The notes below the pieces were generated by a model. That model saw nothing but the letters and a program-made list of their open reading frames with translations. It searched no databases and had not been told where the DNA came from. From Armatimonadota bacterium (GTDB taxonomy: Bacteria; Vulcanimicrobiota; JACPDS01; JBDRKI01), in assembly GCA_043814095.1 (NCBI GenBank), contig JBDRKI010000102.1:32001-96000 (forward strand): a stretch of 64,000 nt of DNA, given 5' to 3'. The translations under genes and the position numbers were made by a program. Shown piece by piece: positions 12,115 through 20,918 of the stretch. The stretch's first letter is position 1. Each line of letters begins with the position of its first letter.

Positions 12115-12303
12115 ATGATTAAAAAAGTTATCAGTATTAATAAAACCAAAGATTTTTCTGAGATAAGATCGAATCTGTCTTTCTGGCTGTCAAAACCATC
12201 AGAAGAGCGTATTTTTGCTGTAGAATTATTAAGGAGACAAATGCATGGATATTCAACAAGACTTCAAAGAACTGCTCGAGTTATTCAACGCAAACAAGGT
12301 TGA
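12115..12303 (+). CDS. Small basic hypothetical protein, partner of the downstream nucleotidyltransferase
   Basis: FWLSKPSEERIFAVELLRR...RLQRTARVI motif; overlaps next gene by 59 nt; start ATG 12115 or GTG 12109. Confidence 0.65.
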   Translation: MIKKVISINKTKDFSEIRSNLSFWLSKPSEERIFAVELLRRQMHGYSTRLQRTARVIQRKQG

Positions 12304-12694
12304 GTATGTTATTGTCGGCGCTTATGCATTGGCGCTTCACGGAGCACCTCGAAGTACCGGGGATATAGATATTCTTGTGGGGACTGACAAAATCAATGCA
12401 GAACGAATTCTTAAAGCATTAAATGAATTTGGTTTTGGTTCATTAAATTTAAAAGTTGAAGATTTTACAACGCCTGATAATATCATACAGCTTGGAGTGG
12501 CTCCGGTTCGAATTGATATTATAACAACAATTACCGGGGTTTCCACAGAAGATGCGTTTTCTGGACGAATAGCTGATAAATACGGAGATGCACCCGTATA
12601 TTATCTGGGCTTAAATGAATTTATTGAAAACAAAAAAGCTCTTGCAAGAAAGAAAGATCTGGCAGACATTGAAGCCCTTGATAAGCTTGATTGA
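12245..12694 (+). CDS. Minimal nucleotidyltransferase-fold protein
   Basis: YVIVGAYALALHGAPRSTGDIDILV (G..DxD NTase motif), RIDII, NKKALARKKDLADIEAL. Confidence 0.8.
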   Translation: MDIQQDFKELLELFNANKVEYVIVGAYALALHGAPRSTGDIDILVGTDKINAERILKALNEFGFGSLNLKVEDFTTPDNIIQLGVAPVRIDIITTITGVSTEDAFSGRIADKYGDAPVYYLGLNEFIENKKALARKKDLADIEALDKLD

Positions 12695-12758
12695 TTTTTT
12701 ACGGAAATATATATGAATAAAAAAGTCCAAATAGCAATCCTACTATTAATAACTTAAA

Positions 12759-12783
12759 AGGAAATATAATAATATTAAAGAAT
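12759..12783 (+). promoter_or_regulatory. Sigma-H-like promoter for the hypothetical-rlmD-clp-FHA-pseudokinase run
   Basis: AGGA(12759-62)-N17-GAAT(12780-83). Confidence 0.55.
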
Positions 12784-12807
12784 AACCCAGTAAAGGTTAT
12801 TCTTTTT
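12777..12807 (+). terminator. Hairpin (terminator or operator) overlapping the -10 element
   Basis: AAAGAATAACC-N7-GGTTATTCTTT followed by T run. Confidence 0.45.
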
Positions 12808-12812
12808 ATTAT

Positions 12813-13250
12813 ATGGAGGTATTGTATATGAAAGATGACGGAAAAAAATATTTAAAGGACATGGATAAGATTTTTAACCGGTTTGGCGAAATCCAGAAAA
12901 GATTTAACGCGGGCAGGGATGGCATTAAAGCCATAGTCTCTTTTATAGGCGAGATGTCAAGGAAAAAAACTCCTGCTTTTGCGCTGGATGATCCTATACT
13001 CGTAAGGGGCAGTGAGCTTATGAAGGAAGTTATAGATTCTCTGGATGAACAGCTTAAAGCCGCCAAAAAAGTATCTGCTCCTACCGAGTTTTCAAAGTTC
13101 CATAAGGATCTTCTGGAATCGTTGAAGCTGCAGGTAAGCGGGTATAAAGAGATGACTGATATGTTCGCTGATTATAAGGTTACGCACGCTTTAAAAGGAA
13201 AAGATAAGGTAACTAAAGGCGTAGAACTTATTGAAAAAGCGGTAATATAG
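12813..13250 (+). CDS. Hypothetical all-alpha protein
   Basis: 145-aa ORF, GGAGG upstream of the second ATG (12828), abuts rlmD; no recognisable motif. Confidence 0.7.
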   Translation: MEVLYMKDDGKKYLKDMDKIFNRFGEIQKRFNAGRDGIKAIVSFIGEMSRKKTPAFALDDPILVRGSELMKEVIDSLDEQLKAAKKVSAPTEFSKFHKDLLESLKLQVSGYKEMTDMFADYKVTHALKGKDKVTKGVELIEKAVI

Positions 13251-13251
13251 T

Positions 13252-14556
13252 GTGAACTGTGAAGTCACTGTAGATAAGATATCATACGGCGGGGAAGGTA
13301 TAGCAAGAACAAACAATATGGTTGTCTTTATACCGGGTGCTGTTCCCGGTGACAAGCTGGAAATTAAGCTTACCGAGCATAAAAAAAACTACGCAAGAGC
13401 TGAAATAGTAAAAATTGTAGAGCCCTCCTCCCGCAGGATTAAACCCAAATGCAAATATTTTAATGTTTGCGGGGGATGCAGTTTCCAGAATATTGATTAT
13501 AAAGAGCAGCTGAACATAAAAAAACAGATAGTTGAGGACTCTTTTTTCAGGTTCGGCAAGGGTCTCTGTGTAAAAGTAAAGGATCTTATCTGTTCGGAAA
13601 AAAAGTTCGGCTTCAGGAGCAAAATCCAGTGGGTGGCTAAAGATAATACTCTGGGTTTATATAAAAAAGGCACTCATAATGTAATTGATATAGATTACTG
13701 TTTTCTTGCAGATAAAAAAGTTAATGATTTAACTTCGTTAATAAAAAGAAAGCTTGCCGGAGCTGATTATAAGGTATTAAAGCATATTATAATCAGGGAA
13801 TCATTATATAAAGATGAATTTCTCGCGGTTTTTGTATTAAATAGCGGAAAAATTGAAGGTTTTAAAAAGATCACAGAAGAGCTTATGAGTGAGTTTCCGG
13901 GTTTGGCAGGTGTTTCGGCTAATATAAATGAAAAAATATCAAATGTGATTTTAGGAGATAAGAATATCCTGCTTGAAGGAGAAGGTTATTTAGAGGAAAA
14001 GGTTGATAATCTTTTCTTTTATTACAGCGGGACGCTGTTTTTCCAGGTTAATACAGGTCAGCTGGAGAAAATAATAAAGATTATAAGGGAAAATGTATTA
14101 TTAACAGGGAATGAAGTTGTTTTAGATTTATACAGCGGGGTAGGGGCACTCTCCCTTCATATGGCAGGGGAATGCAGAAAGGTAATTTTGTCTGAAGAGT
14201 CCCCCGGAGCCGAGGAATTTTTCACAAAATCGGCTAATAGGAATAATATAACCAATGTTGAATTTATAACCGGTAAAGTTGAGGATTTTTTAGATAAGTT
14301 TCATAAAGAAGGCGGTTCTGCGGACTTAGTGATACTTGATCCGCCCCGTAAGGGTTGTTCTGACGAAGTTATAAGATGCCTGGGATTAATAAAAGCGCCT
14401 AAAATAGTATATTTATCGTGCAATCCCGTCACACTGGCAAGGGACTGCAAAAAACTTGCGGGTTATGGCTATAAAGTTAATTTAATACAGCCGGTTGATA
14501 TGTTCCCGCAGACATATCATGTTGAAGTGCTGGCTGTCCTGGAGAATAAGGAGTAG
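13252..14556 (+). CDS. rlmD: 23S rRNA m5U methyltransferase (RlmD/TrmA family)
   Basis: TRAM domain; CKYFNVCGGCSFQ Fe-S motif; FFQVN; LDLYSGVG; LDPPRKG; YLSCNP; DMFPQTYHVE. Confidence 0.93.
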   Translation: MNCEVTVDKISYGGEGIARTNNMVVFIPGAVPGDKLEIKLTEHKKNYARAEIVKIVEPSSRRIKPKCKYFNVCGGCSFQNIDYKEQLNIKKQIVEDSFFRFGKGLCVKVKDLICSEKKFGFRSKIQWVAKDNTLGLYKKGTHNVIDIDYCFLADKKVNDLTSLIKRKLAGADYKVLKHIIIRESLYKDEFLAVFVLNSGKIEGFKKITEELMSEFPGLAGVSANINEKISNVILGDKNILLEGEGYLEEKVDNLFFYYSGTLFFQVNTGQLEKIIKIIRENVLLTGNEVVLDLYSGVGALSLHMAGECRKVILSEESPGAEEFFTKSANRNNITNVEFITGKVEDFLDKFHKEGGSADLVILDPPRKGCSDEVIRCLGLIKAPKIVYLSCNPVTLARDCKKLAGYGYKVNLIQPVDMFPQTYHVEVLAVLENKE

Positions 14557-14559
14557 GTT

Positions 14560-16794
14560 ATGGGACTTTTCCCGAGCGAAGGATTTGAAAAACTAAAACA
14601 AAAAGCGCTGGATATATTAAGGGCAAATAATATATGTTATCTTGGCGTTGAATATATATTTCTGGCATTTCTCTTAATCAATGAGAACCTTTTCAAAAAA
14701 GCCGGTGTGGATATAGAGAAAGTAGTTAAAGATATACTTGAACTGTCAATAAGAGGAGAGACAGCCCCTGAGTCGGTAGGAGTTACTCCCAGATACAAAA
14801 TTATATTCAAAGAAGCGCAAAAGCTGGCTGAAGAAGAAAAATCCGACAGGGTCGAAGTCCCCCATTTTATAAAAGCAATGTTTGAAGACGAAAACAGCCT
14901 GCCTTCTGTTGTGCTTAAATGGAATAATATAGATAAAACGATTGTTACGGCCAATCTTGATAAGGCAAAAGACGTATCCGAAGCTTCCCCTGATAAACAG
15001 GAATCGAAAACTTCTAAAAAAGAAGATAAAAAATCATTTATTGAGAAATTCGGCAAAGACCTTGTTGTTGAAGCTAAAGCAGGCATGATAGATCCGGTAA
15101 TAGGCAGGGAGAAAGAGATAGACAGAATAAAACAGATTCTTTTAAGAAAAACCAAAAGCAATCCTGTCTTAATAGGAGAGGCGGGAGTGGGCAAAACCGC
15201 TGTTGTTATGGGGATTGCAAAAGCAGTGGCGGAAGGAAGGGTGCCGGATCAGCTTAAGGATAAGCGTATAATTGAACTTAACATAGCTTCCGTTCTTGCG
15301 GGGGCAAAATACCAGGGTGAGTTTGAAGAACGCCTGGAGAAAATAATAAAAGAAGTGGAAAAGAGCAAAGATATAATATTATTTATTGATGAGATCCATA
15401 ATATAACGGGGGCAGGCAGGTCAGGTTCCGGTCTTGATGCCGGAAATATTTTAAAACCGGCGCTGGCTAAAGGCTCTTTCCCTGTTATAGGGGCTACCAC
15501 GGTAGATGAACACAGAAAACACATTGAATCAGATCCTGCTCTGGAGAGAAGATTCCAGCCGGTCATAATTAACGAACCTTCTATTGAAGAAGCAATTGAT
15601 ATATTAAAGGGGTTAAAAGAAAGCTTCCAGGTTCATCACGGGGTTGAGTTTGAAGAAGAAGCTTTAATTGAAGCTGTTAAGCTTTCAAACAGGTATCTTA
15701 CAAACAGAAACCTGCCTGATAAAGCCATAGATCTTATTGATGAGGCGGCGGCCAAGGTTAAAATAGAAGAGGTGGATTCTAAGGTTATCACCAAGGATAT
15801 GATAGCTCAGGTTTTATCTTCATGGACAGGGATACCTGTGGGAAAGATGACTTCACAGACTTCACAGGATCTTTTGAAGTTGGCGGATAATCTGCGTGAG
15901 GAAGTTATAGGTCAGGATAAAGCGGTTGATGCTGTATCCCAGACAGTGCAGATGGGCTACTCAGGTCTTGCTAATTACAAAAAACCTCTGGGAGTATTTT
16001 TATTCTTAGGTCCTACGGGTGTGGGTAAGACATATCTTGCCAAGCGCCTGGCAGCCAAATTGTTCAGTTCCGAAAAAGATTTAATACGTCTAGATATGTC
16101 CGAATTTATGGAGAAGCATTCGGTGGCAAAACTTATAGGGGCGCCTCCCGGTTATGTAGGTTACGGGGAGGAAGGCATACTTACAAAATCCGTCAGGACA
16201 AAACCGTATTCCGTGGTGCTGTTAGACGAGATTGAGAAAGCCCATCCTGAGGTTTTTGATATATTCCTCCAGGTATTTGATGAGGGCAGGTTGACTGATT
16301 CCCGCGGCAGGACTATTAATTTCTGCAATACTATTATAGTTATGACTTCAAATATAGGTTCTACGAGCATAGACAAAGACGGCAATGTGATATTGGTTGA
16401 TATGGAAGATAAAACTTCTCAGGAAGATATAATGAAGCTTGTAAGGAAAACATTCAGGGCGGAATTTTTAAACAGGATAGACGAAGTGGTTTTCTTTAAA
16501 TCCTTAACTGAAGCCGAACTGAAAAAAATAGTTAAGTTGAGTTTCAGCGAAGCGGAGAAAAGACTTAAAGAGAAGAATATAAACTGGATTATATCTGATG
16601 AAGTTGTAGATCTGGTATGCAATCAGGGGTATAACCCCGCTTACGGGGCAAGGCCGTTAGAACGGGCCATAGGCACCCTTATACTGAAACCGCTTTCTTC
16701 GGAACTTTTAAAAGAGAATTTCAAGGAAGGCGATATTGTCCAGATTAAACTTAATCCGTCCACAAACAAGATAGAGTTTTTAAGGGAGAAATAA
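14560..16794 (+). CDS. Hsp100/Clp two-ring AAA+ ATPase (no M-domain, no ClpP loop)
   Basis: Divergent Clp-N repeats; D1 GEAGVGKT/ILFIDE/KYQG/ALERRF; D2 GPTGVGKT/GYVG/VLLDE/YGARPL. Confidence 0.9.
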   Translation: MGLFPSEGFEKLKQKALDILRANNICYLGVEYIFLAFLLINENLFKKAGVDIEKVVKDILELSIRGETAPESVGVTPRYKIIFKEAQKLAEEEKSDRVEVPHFIKAMFEDENSLPSVVLKWNNIDKTIVTANLDKAKDVSEASPDKQESKTSKKEDKKSFIEKFGKDLVVEAKAGMIDPVIGREKEIDRIKQILLRKTKSNPVLIGEAGVGKTAVVMGIAKAVAEGRVPDQLKDKRIIELNIASVLAGAKYQGEFEERLEKIIKEVEKSKDIILFIDEIHNITGAGRSGSGLDAGNILKPALAKGSFPVIGATTVDEHRKHIESDPALERRFQPVIINEPSIEEAIDILKGLKESFQVHHGVEFEEEALIEAVKLSNRYLTNRNLPDKAIDLIDEAAAKVKIEEVDSKVITKDMIAQVLSSWTGIPVGKMTSQTSQDLLKLADNLREEVIGQDKAVDAVSQTVQMGYSGLANYKKPLGVFLFLGPTGVGKTYLAKRLAAKLFSSEKDLIRLDMSEFMEKHSVAKLIGAPPGYVGYGEEGILTKSVRTKPYSVVLLDEIEKAHPEVFDIFLQVFDEGRLTDSRGRTINFCNTIIVMTSNIGSTSIDKDGNVILVDMEDKTSQEDIMKLVRKTFRAEFLNRIDEVVFFKSLTEAELKKIVKLSFSEAEKRLKEKNINWIISDEVVDLVCNQGYNPAYGARPLERAIGTLILKPLSSELLKENFKEGDIVQIKLNPSTNKIEFLREK

Positions 16795-16796
16795 TT

Positions 16797-17084
16797 ATGA
16801 TAAAACTGGAGATAATCGGCGGCCCTTATGACGGTAAGGAATATAAATTCAATAAATCAATAAAGATAGGCAGGGATAAATCTGCCGACATATCCATATA
16901 TTTTGACAACTTTGCGTCCCGGATACACACTGGCTTGGAAATTGAAGGTAAAAAGTGTATATTAAAAGATATGAACAGCACTAACGGCACATATATTGGC
17001 AATAATAAAATAAATGAGGTAGAATTAAAGGATAAAGATATATTTAAAGTCGGAAGAACGTTATTTAAAGTGGAGATATATTAA
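16797..17084 (+). CDS. Stand-alone FHA domain protein
   Basis: IGR, ASRIH, DMNSTNGTY: conserved phospho-Thr-binding residues; 95 aa. Confidence 0.9.
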   Translation: MIKLEIIGGPYDGKEYKFNKSIKIGRDKSADISIYFDNFASRIHTGLEIEGKKCILKDMNSTNGTYIGNNKINEVELKDKDIFKVGRTLFKVEIY

Positions 17085-19244
17085 ATGATAGGACAGATTA
17101 TAGGCAATTATAAAATAGAGGAAAGAATAAAAAGCCAGGAACAGTATGCCATTTACAGGGCTAAGGATACCATATTTAATGTTCCCGTTTATTTAAAGAT
17201 TTTATCTCACAAGATAGTAGACAATCAGGATGTAAAAAAGAATTACTTATCCTGTGCTTCCCAGTATCTTAAGCTGAAGCATCCCAATATCTTAAATCTT
17301 TTAAAAACAGGCGATGAAGGGGGATATACCTACCTTGCTTATGAGAATTTTTCAATTAAGACTCTCTATGAGTATTTAGGTGAAAACCCGGCTCTTACCC
17401 TGCATGAAAAAATGGATATATTTTTTCAGATCTGTAAAGGTCTGAGTTATGCCCATCAGGATTGTATTCTGCACGGTAATTTAACGGCAGGGAATGTATT
17501 TATAGATAATAATAAAAATATAAAAATTGTGGATTTCGGAATTTCGGCTATTGAAATGCTGCAGACAGAAATTCACCAGAACCAGATACTTGAAGGCTTT
17601 TATTATTTCCCGCCCGAGAAGATAAACAAAGAACCCTTAGACGAGAAATCCGATCTGTATTCCCTGGGCGTTCTCTTATTCTACATATTGAGCAGAAAAT
17701 ACCCCTTTGAAGCCGAAGGGCTTAACCAGCTGTTCGGCAGAAAGCTGGAAGGTCACGCGGCAAGCATATCTTCATATGTTAACGATATTCCCCAGAGTAT
17801 ATCCGATGCAATATCCAAGCTTATTAAAAATAATAAACAGGAACGTTATTTAAATATTAAGGAACTTCTAAATGATATTAATAACTCCGGCTTAGATATT
17901 CAATACAATATCCCTTTATCCCCGAAACAGTCAAACTGGTTTGTTAATAAGGCAGGGGAAGCTTACCTTGCCGGAGATATAAATGCTTCTATTGAGAACT
18001 GGACCAAAGCAATTGAATTTGACCCTTATAATCCCGGATTATATACAAACCTTTCTAAAATATACTTGGAACAGGGAGATTACGCAAAAGCGGCTGAAAA
18101 TTACAAAAAAGCCCTTTCGGTGGAGCCTTTTAAAACCAGCTGGCGCGTGGAACTCGCCAACTTACTTAAAAAAAGCAGTCAGTTCGGTTCCGCTCTTTCT
18201 GAATACGAGATTATAAAGAAGCTGGATTCTAAATACCTGCCGTATTATTTTAATGCCGGGAACTGCCTGTATTTCCTTAAAAGATACGGCGAAGCCATTA
18301 CAGTATGGCTTGAAGGATTAAAACGCGATCCCGATAAACTGAGACTTCTGTATAACCTTGGGGTTGCCGAATACGCGATAGGCAAGACGGAAAAAGCACT
18401 TGAGTACTGGAGCAAGGTTCTGGAGATAAATAAAAATTTTGTAAAGGCCTCCTATAACCTGAGTATTGTAGAATTAAACAATAATAATACAGATAAAGCG
18501 TTCCTGTTATGGGAAGAGCTTGATAAAATATCCAATATGCCCGAGATAAAATTAAACCTAGGTAACAGTTATTATAACAAAAAAGACCATGATAAAGCCA
18601 TGGAATACTGGAGTCTAGCCCTGGAATTAAATAAGGACTGCTGGCAGGCATATTTTAACCTCGGGATTTATTATTTCGGTAAAGATATAAATAAATCCAG
18701 AGAAATGTTTGAAAAAGCATCTCAGGCAAAGCCGGATTTATGGCTTGCTTACTGGAATCTGGGCTATGTTGCACAGAAAGACGGAGACCATAAAGCTTCT
18801 TCTGAATATTTTGACAAAGTTCTGCAGCTTAACCCCGGATACTGGCAGGCAAATTACTATCTGGGCGAAAAACTCATAAAAGAAAATAAAATGGATGAAG
18901 CCCAGAAATGTTTTATGAAGATATTTGACACACAGACTGACTTTTCGGAAGATTTCTGTAAAAATATGGGAGCCATCTTCTATAAAAATAGTCAGATTGA
19001 CAAAGCTGTTGACTGCTGGGCAAAAACAGTATCGCATCATAATTTCCAGTGGGATGAAAAAGATGACGGTAAGGATATCCCCGACAGGATATATAAAGCT
19101 GCAAAGATTATGGTGCAAAAAGAACTTAAAGAAAAAGGGGATGGGGCCTCATTCTTTGTTCATGACCAGAAAGTCCACTTTAATATAAAGCCGGAGCTTA
19201 TCCCGGCCGACTGCGGGGATATTATTCCTGTAATTGACTATTAA
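17085..19244 (+). CDS. Ser/Thr kinase-like (probable pseudokinase) fused to a long TPR array
   Basis: Kinase fold markers LKIL, HPNI, DFG, PPE, SDLYSLG; catalytic loop reads HGNLTAGN instead of HRDLKPxN; about ten ~34-aa YxNLG...A...W TPR repeats follow. Confidence 0.88.
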   Translation: MIGQIIGNYKIEERIKSQEQYAIYRAKDTIFNVPVYLKILSHKIVDNQDVKKNYLSCASQYLKLKHPNILNLLKTGDEGGYTYLAYENFSIKTLYEYLGENPALTLHEKMDIFFQICKGLSYAHQDCILHGNLTAGNVFIDNNKNIKIVDFGISAIEMLQTEIHQNQILEGFYYFPPEKINKEPLDEKSDLYSLGVLLFYILSRKYPFEAEGLNQLFGRKLEGHAASISSYVNDIPQSISDAISKLIKNNKQERYLNIKELLNDINNSGLDIQYNIPLSPKQSNWFVNKAGEAYLAGDINASIENWTKAIEFDPYNPGLYTNLSKIYLEQGDYAKAAENYKKALSVEPFKTSWRVELANLLKKSSQFGSALSEYEIIKKLDSKYLPYYFNAGNCLYFLKRYGEAITVWLEGLKRDPDKLRLLYNLGVAEYAIGKTEKALEYWSKVLEINKNFVKASYNLSIVELNNNNTDKAFLLWEELDKISNMPEIKLNLGNSYYNKKDHDKAMEYWSLALELNKDCWQAYFNLGIYYFGKDINKSREMFEKASQAKPDLWLAYWNLGYVAQKDGDHKASSEYFDKVLQLNPGYWQANYYLGEKLIKENKMDEAQKCFMKIFDTQTDFSEDFCKNMGAIFYKNSQIDKAVDCWAKTVSHHNFQWDEKDDGKDIPDRIYKAAKIMVQKELKEKGDGASFFVHDQKVHFNIKPELIPADCGDIIPVIDY

Positions 19245-19367
19245 TCTGTAATTTTTCTTCTATTTACCGGGTTTTTACCAAAAATACTCCATTTGACCTA
19301 TATTTTTATTTATATATCCATGTTAAAATAATTATAGGAAAGATATTAATATAATTTGGAGTTGCAT

Positions 19368-19652
19368 ATGGTATGGGAAGGATTAAACAGCGGATTTAAT
19401 GTTCAGGAATATAAACAAAGTCTCAGGGAATCTGTAAAGCTTAAAAATCTGAAAGTAGGTATAGATCTAAATCTGGCTTTAAAAGAAGAAGAACTGCAGA
19501 AGCTTAAAGAAGATGATAATGTTAATGAGATTAAATTAAGAAATATGGAGAAAGATGTTAAAAAGCTAAAAAGAAAAGCCGGAATATTGAAAGAAAAATA
19601 TGAAATAATCGCAGAAAAACTGCAGAATTACGAAAGCCAGTTCTTTACATAA
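19368..19652 (+). CDS. Hypothetical coiled-coil protein
   Basis: GGAG RBS before ATG 19368; K/E/L-rich heptads; convergent with the xer gene. Confidence 0.6.
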   Translation: MVWEGLNSGFNVQEYKQSLRESVKLKNLKVGIDLNLALKEEELQKLKEDDNVNEIKLRNMEKDVKKLKRKAGILKEKYEIIAEKLQNYESQFFT

Positions 19653-19658
19653 AAATTT

Positions 19659-20561
19659 TTACTTCCTCGGATGACTCTTCTTGTAAGTCTCTTCTATATG
19701 TTTTAATGAAATATTAGTATATATCTGTGTAGTAGACAGGTTCTCATGGCCTAAAAGCTCTTTTATGCTCATAAGATCAGCTCCGCCTTCAAGCATATGC
19801 GTGGCGAAACTATGCCTAAGCGTATGAGGGGAGGCATCTTTATTTATCCCTGCCGCCTTTTTATACTTATCGAAAATGTATTCTATCATCCTATCTGAGA
19901 TACGAACATTTTTTCTGCTGATGAATAGGGCAGGGGAACTGACTTTCGGCCTTATAGTCAAATAATCTTTTACCGCCTTTTTCGTGGACTCGTTTATAAG
20001 GACAAATCTTTCTTTATTTCCTTTTCCTCTTACTTTTATAAGCATATTCTCAAAATCTATGCTGTCGTGGTTTATGCTGACAAGCTCGCTTATTCTCAGG
20101 CCGGTAGCGTAGAAGAGCTCAAAAATAGCCTTGTCTCTGATAGAATAGGGATCCCGGGACTCTGCTATTGTCTCAAAGAATTTTTCCATCTCTTCCTTAG
20201 TGAGGACATTGGGCAGCTGCTTGCCCAGTTTGGCGCTCTTTATCTTGGTCATGGACGACTTTTTAACAATCCCTTCAGACTCTAAAAACGCAAAATATGC
20301 CTTTAATGTGGCGATTTTTCTATTTAGTCCCTTAGGTGAATACTTCTTATCAAGCTTAAGATAGGTCAAGAACTCCCTTACAGTCCTTTCATCTATATCA
20401 TCAAGAACCATTCCTTTTTTAATCTGGGGGAGGAAGAATGAGAAAAATATTTTTAAATCATGGGAATATTCTTCTATTGTTCTCGGCGCCAGATTTTCCT
20501 CAACGGCCAGATAATTAAGAAAGTCTTTTACCAGAAACTCGCGTTCGCGCTCCTTAAACAT
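19659..20561 (-). CDS. XerC/XerD-family tyrosine recombinase
   Basis: SAM-like N-domain; YATGLRISEL (R), GKGNKER (K), HTLRHSFATH (HxxR), LLGH, TTQIYT (Y); start ATG 20561 or GTG 20585. Confidence 0.93.
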   Translation of the reverse strand: MFKEREREFLVKDFLNYLAVEENLAPRTIEEYSHDLKIFFSFFLPQIKKGMVLDDIDERTVREFLTYLKLDKKYSPKGLNRKIATLKAYFAFLESEGIVKKSSMTKIKSAKLGKQLPNVLTKEEMEKFFETIAESRDPYSIRDKAIFELFYATGLRISELVSINHDSIDFENMLIKVRGKGNKERFVLINESTKKAVKDYLTIRPKVSSPALFISRKNVRISDRMIEYIFDKYKKAAGINKDASPHTLRHSFATHMLEGGADLMSIKELLGHENLSTTQIYTNISLKHIEETYKKSHPRK

Positions 20562-20562
20562 G

Positions 20563-20586
20563 TTTTCCACAGAACAATTATCCACA
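20563..20586 (+). promoter_or_regulatory. Two tandem DnaA-box-like sequences
   Basis: TTTTCCACA (20563-71) and perfect TTATCCACA (20578-86), same orientation, 15 bp apart, immediately upstream of the xer ATG. Confidence 0.55.
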
Positions 20587-20798
20587 GATTTTCACCATCC
20601 TTGTTTTTTACTGTTCGATGCTTTAGGGGAGTATTTCTCTGTCCGGCTCCAATCTCCTCTTTATTCGTCAAAGATATGTTTGTCGAAATTGGGGGAGGGG
20701 GATCTGCAGAATAAATAACGGCTTGGAATAATGCTTTTTTAGATAAGGGTCTATGGCCCGGGCTTATATGCCCTTATAATGATATAAATAAATATTTC

Positions 20799-20822
20799 TA
20801 CATATAATATTACATATAATAT
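20799..20822. repeat. 12-bp tandem direct repeat
   Basis: TACATATAATAT x2. Confidence 0.6.
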
Positions 20823-20918
20823 AATGATAATTAAGTATCTCTATTCGCCTATTCAAATCTTTAATTAAAATATTTCAGCCCCTTATCTTCCATCCTTAAA
20901 ATACCACTATACCCTCCA

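Noticed and set aside
14560-19244. A type VI secretion locus
   Set aside because: No TssB/C, Hcp, VgrG or membrane-complex genes in the window; the resemblance is only by analogy.
19659-20585. Prophage or genomic-island integrase
   Set aside because: About 300 aa with XerC/D-type motifs, no arm-binding domain, and no phage or conjugation genes nearby.
20460-20775. Plus-strand 84-aa ORF and a start-less ~80-codon minus-strand frame upstream of xer
   Set aside because: No convincing RBS or start, overlap with xer, and no recognisable motif.
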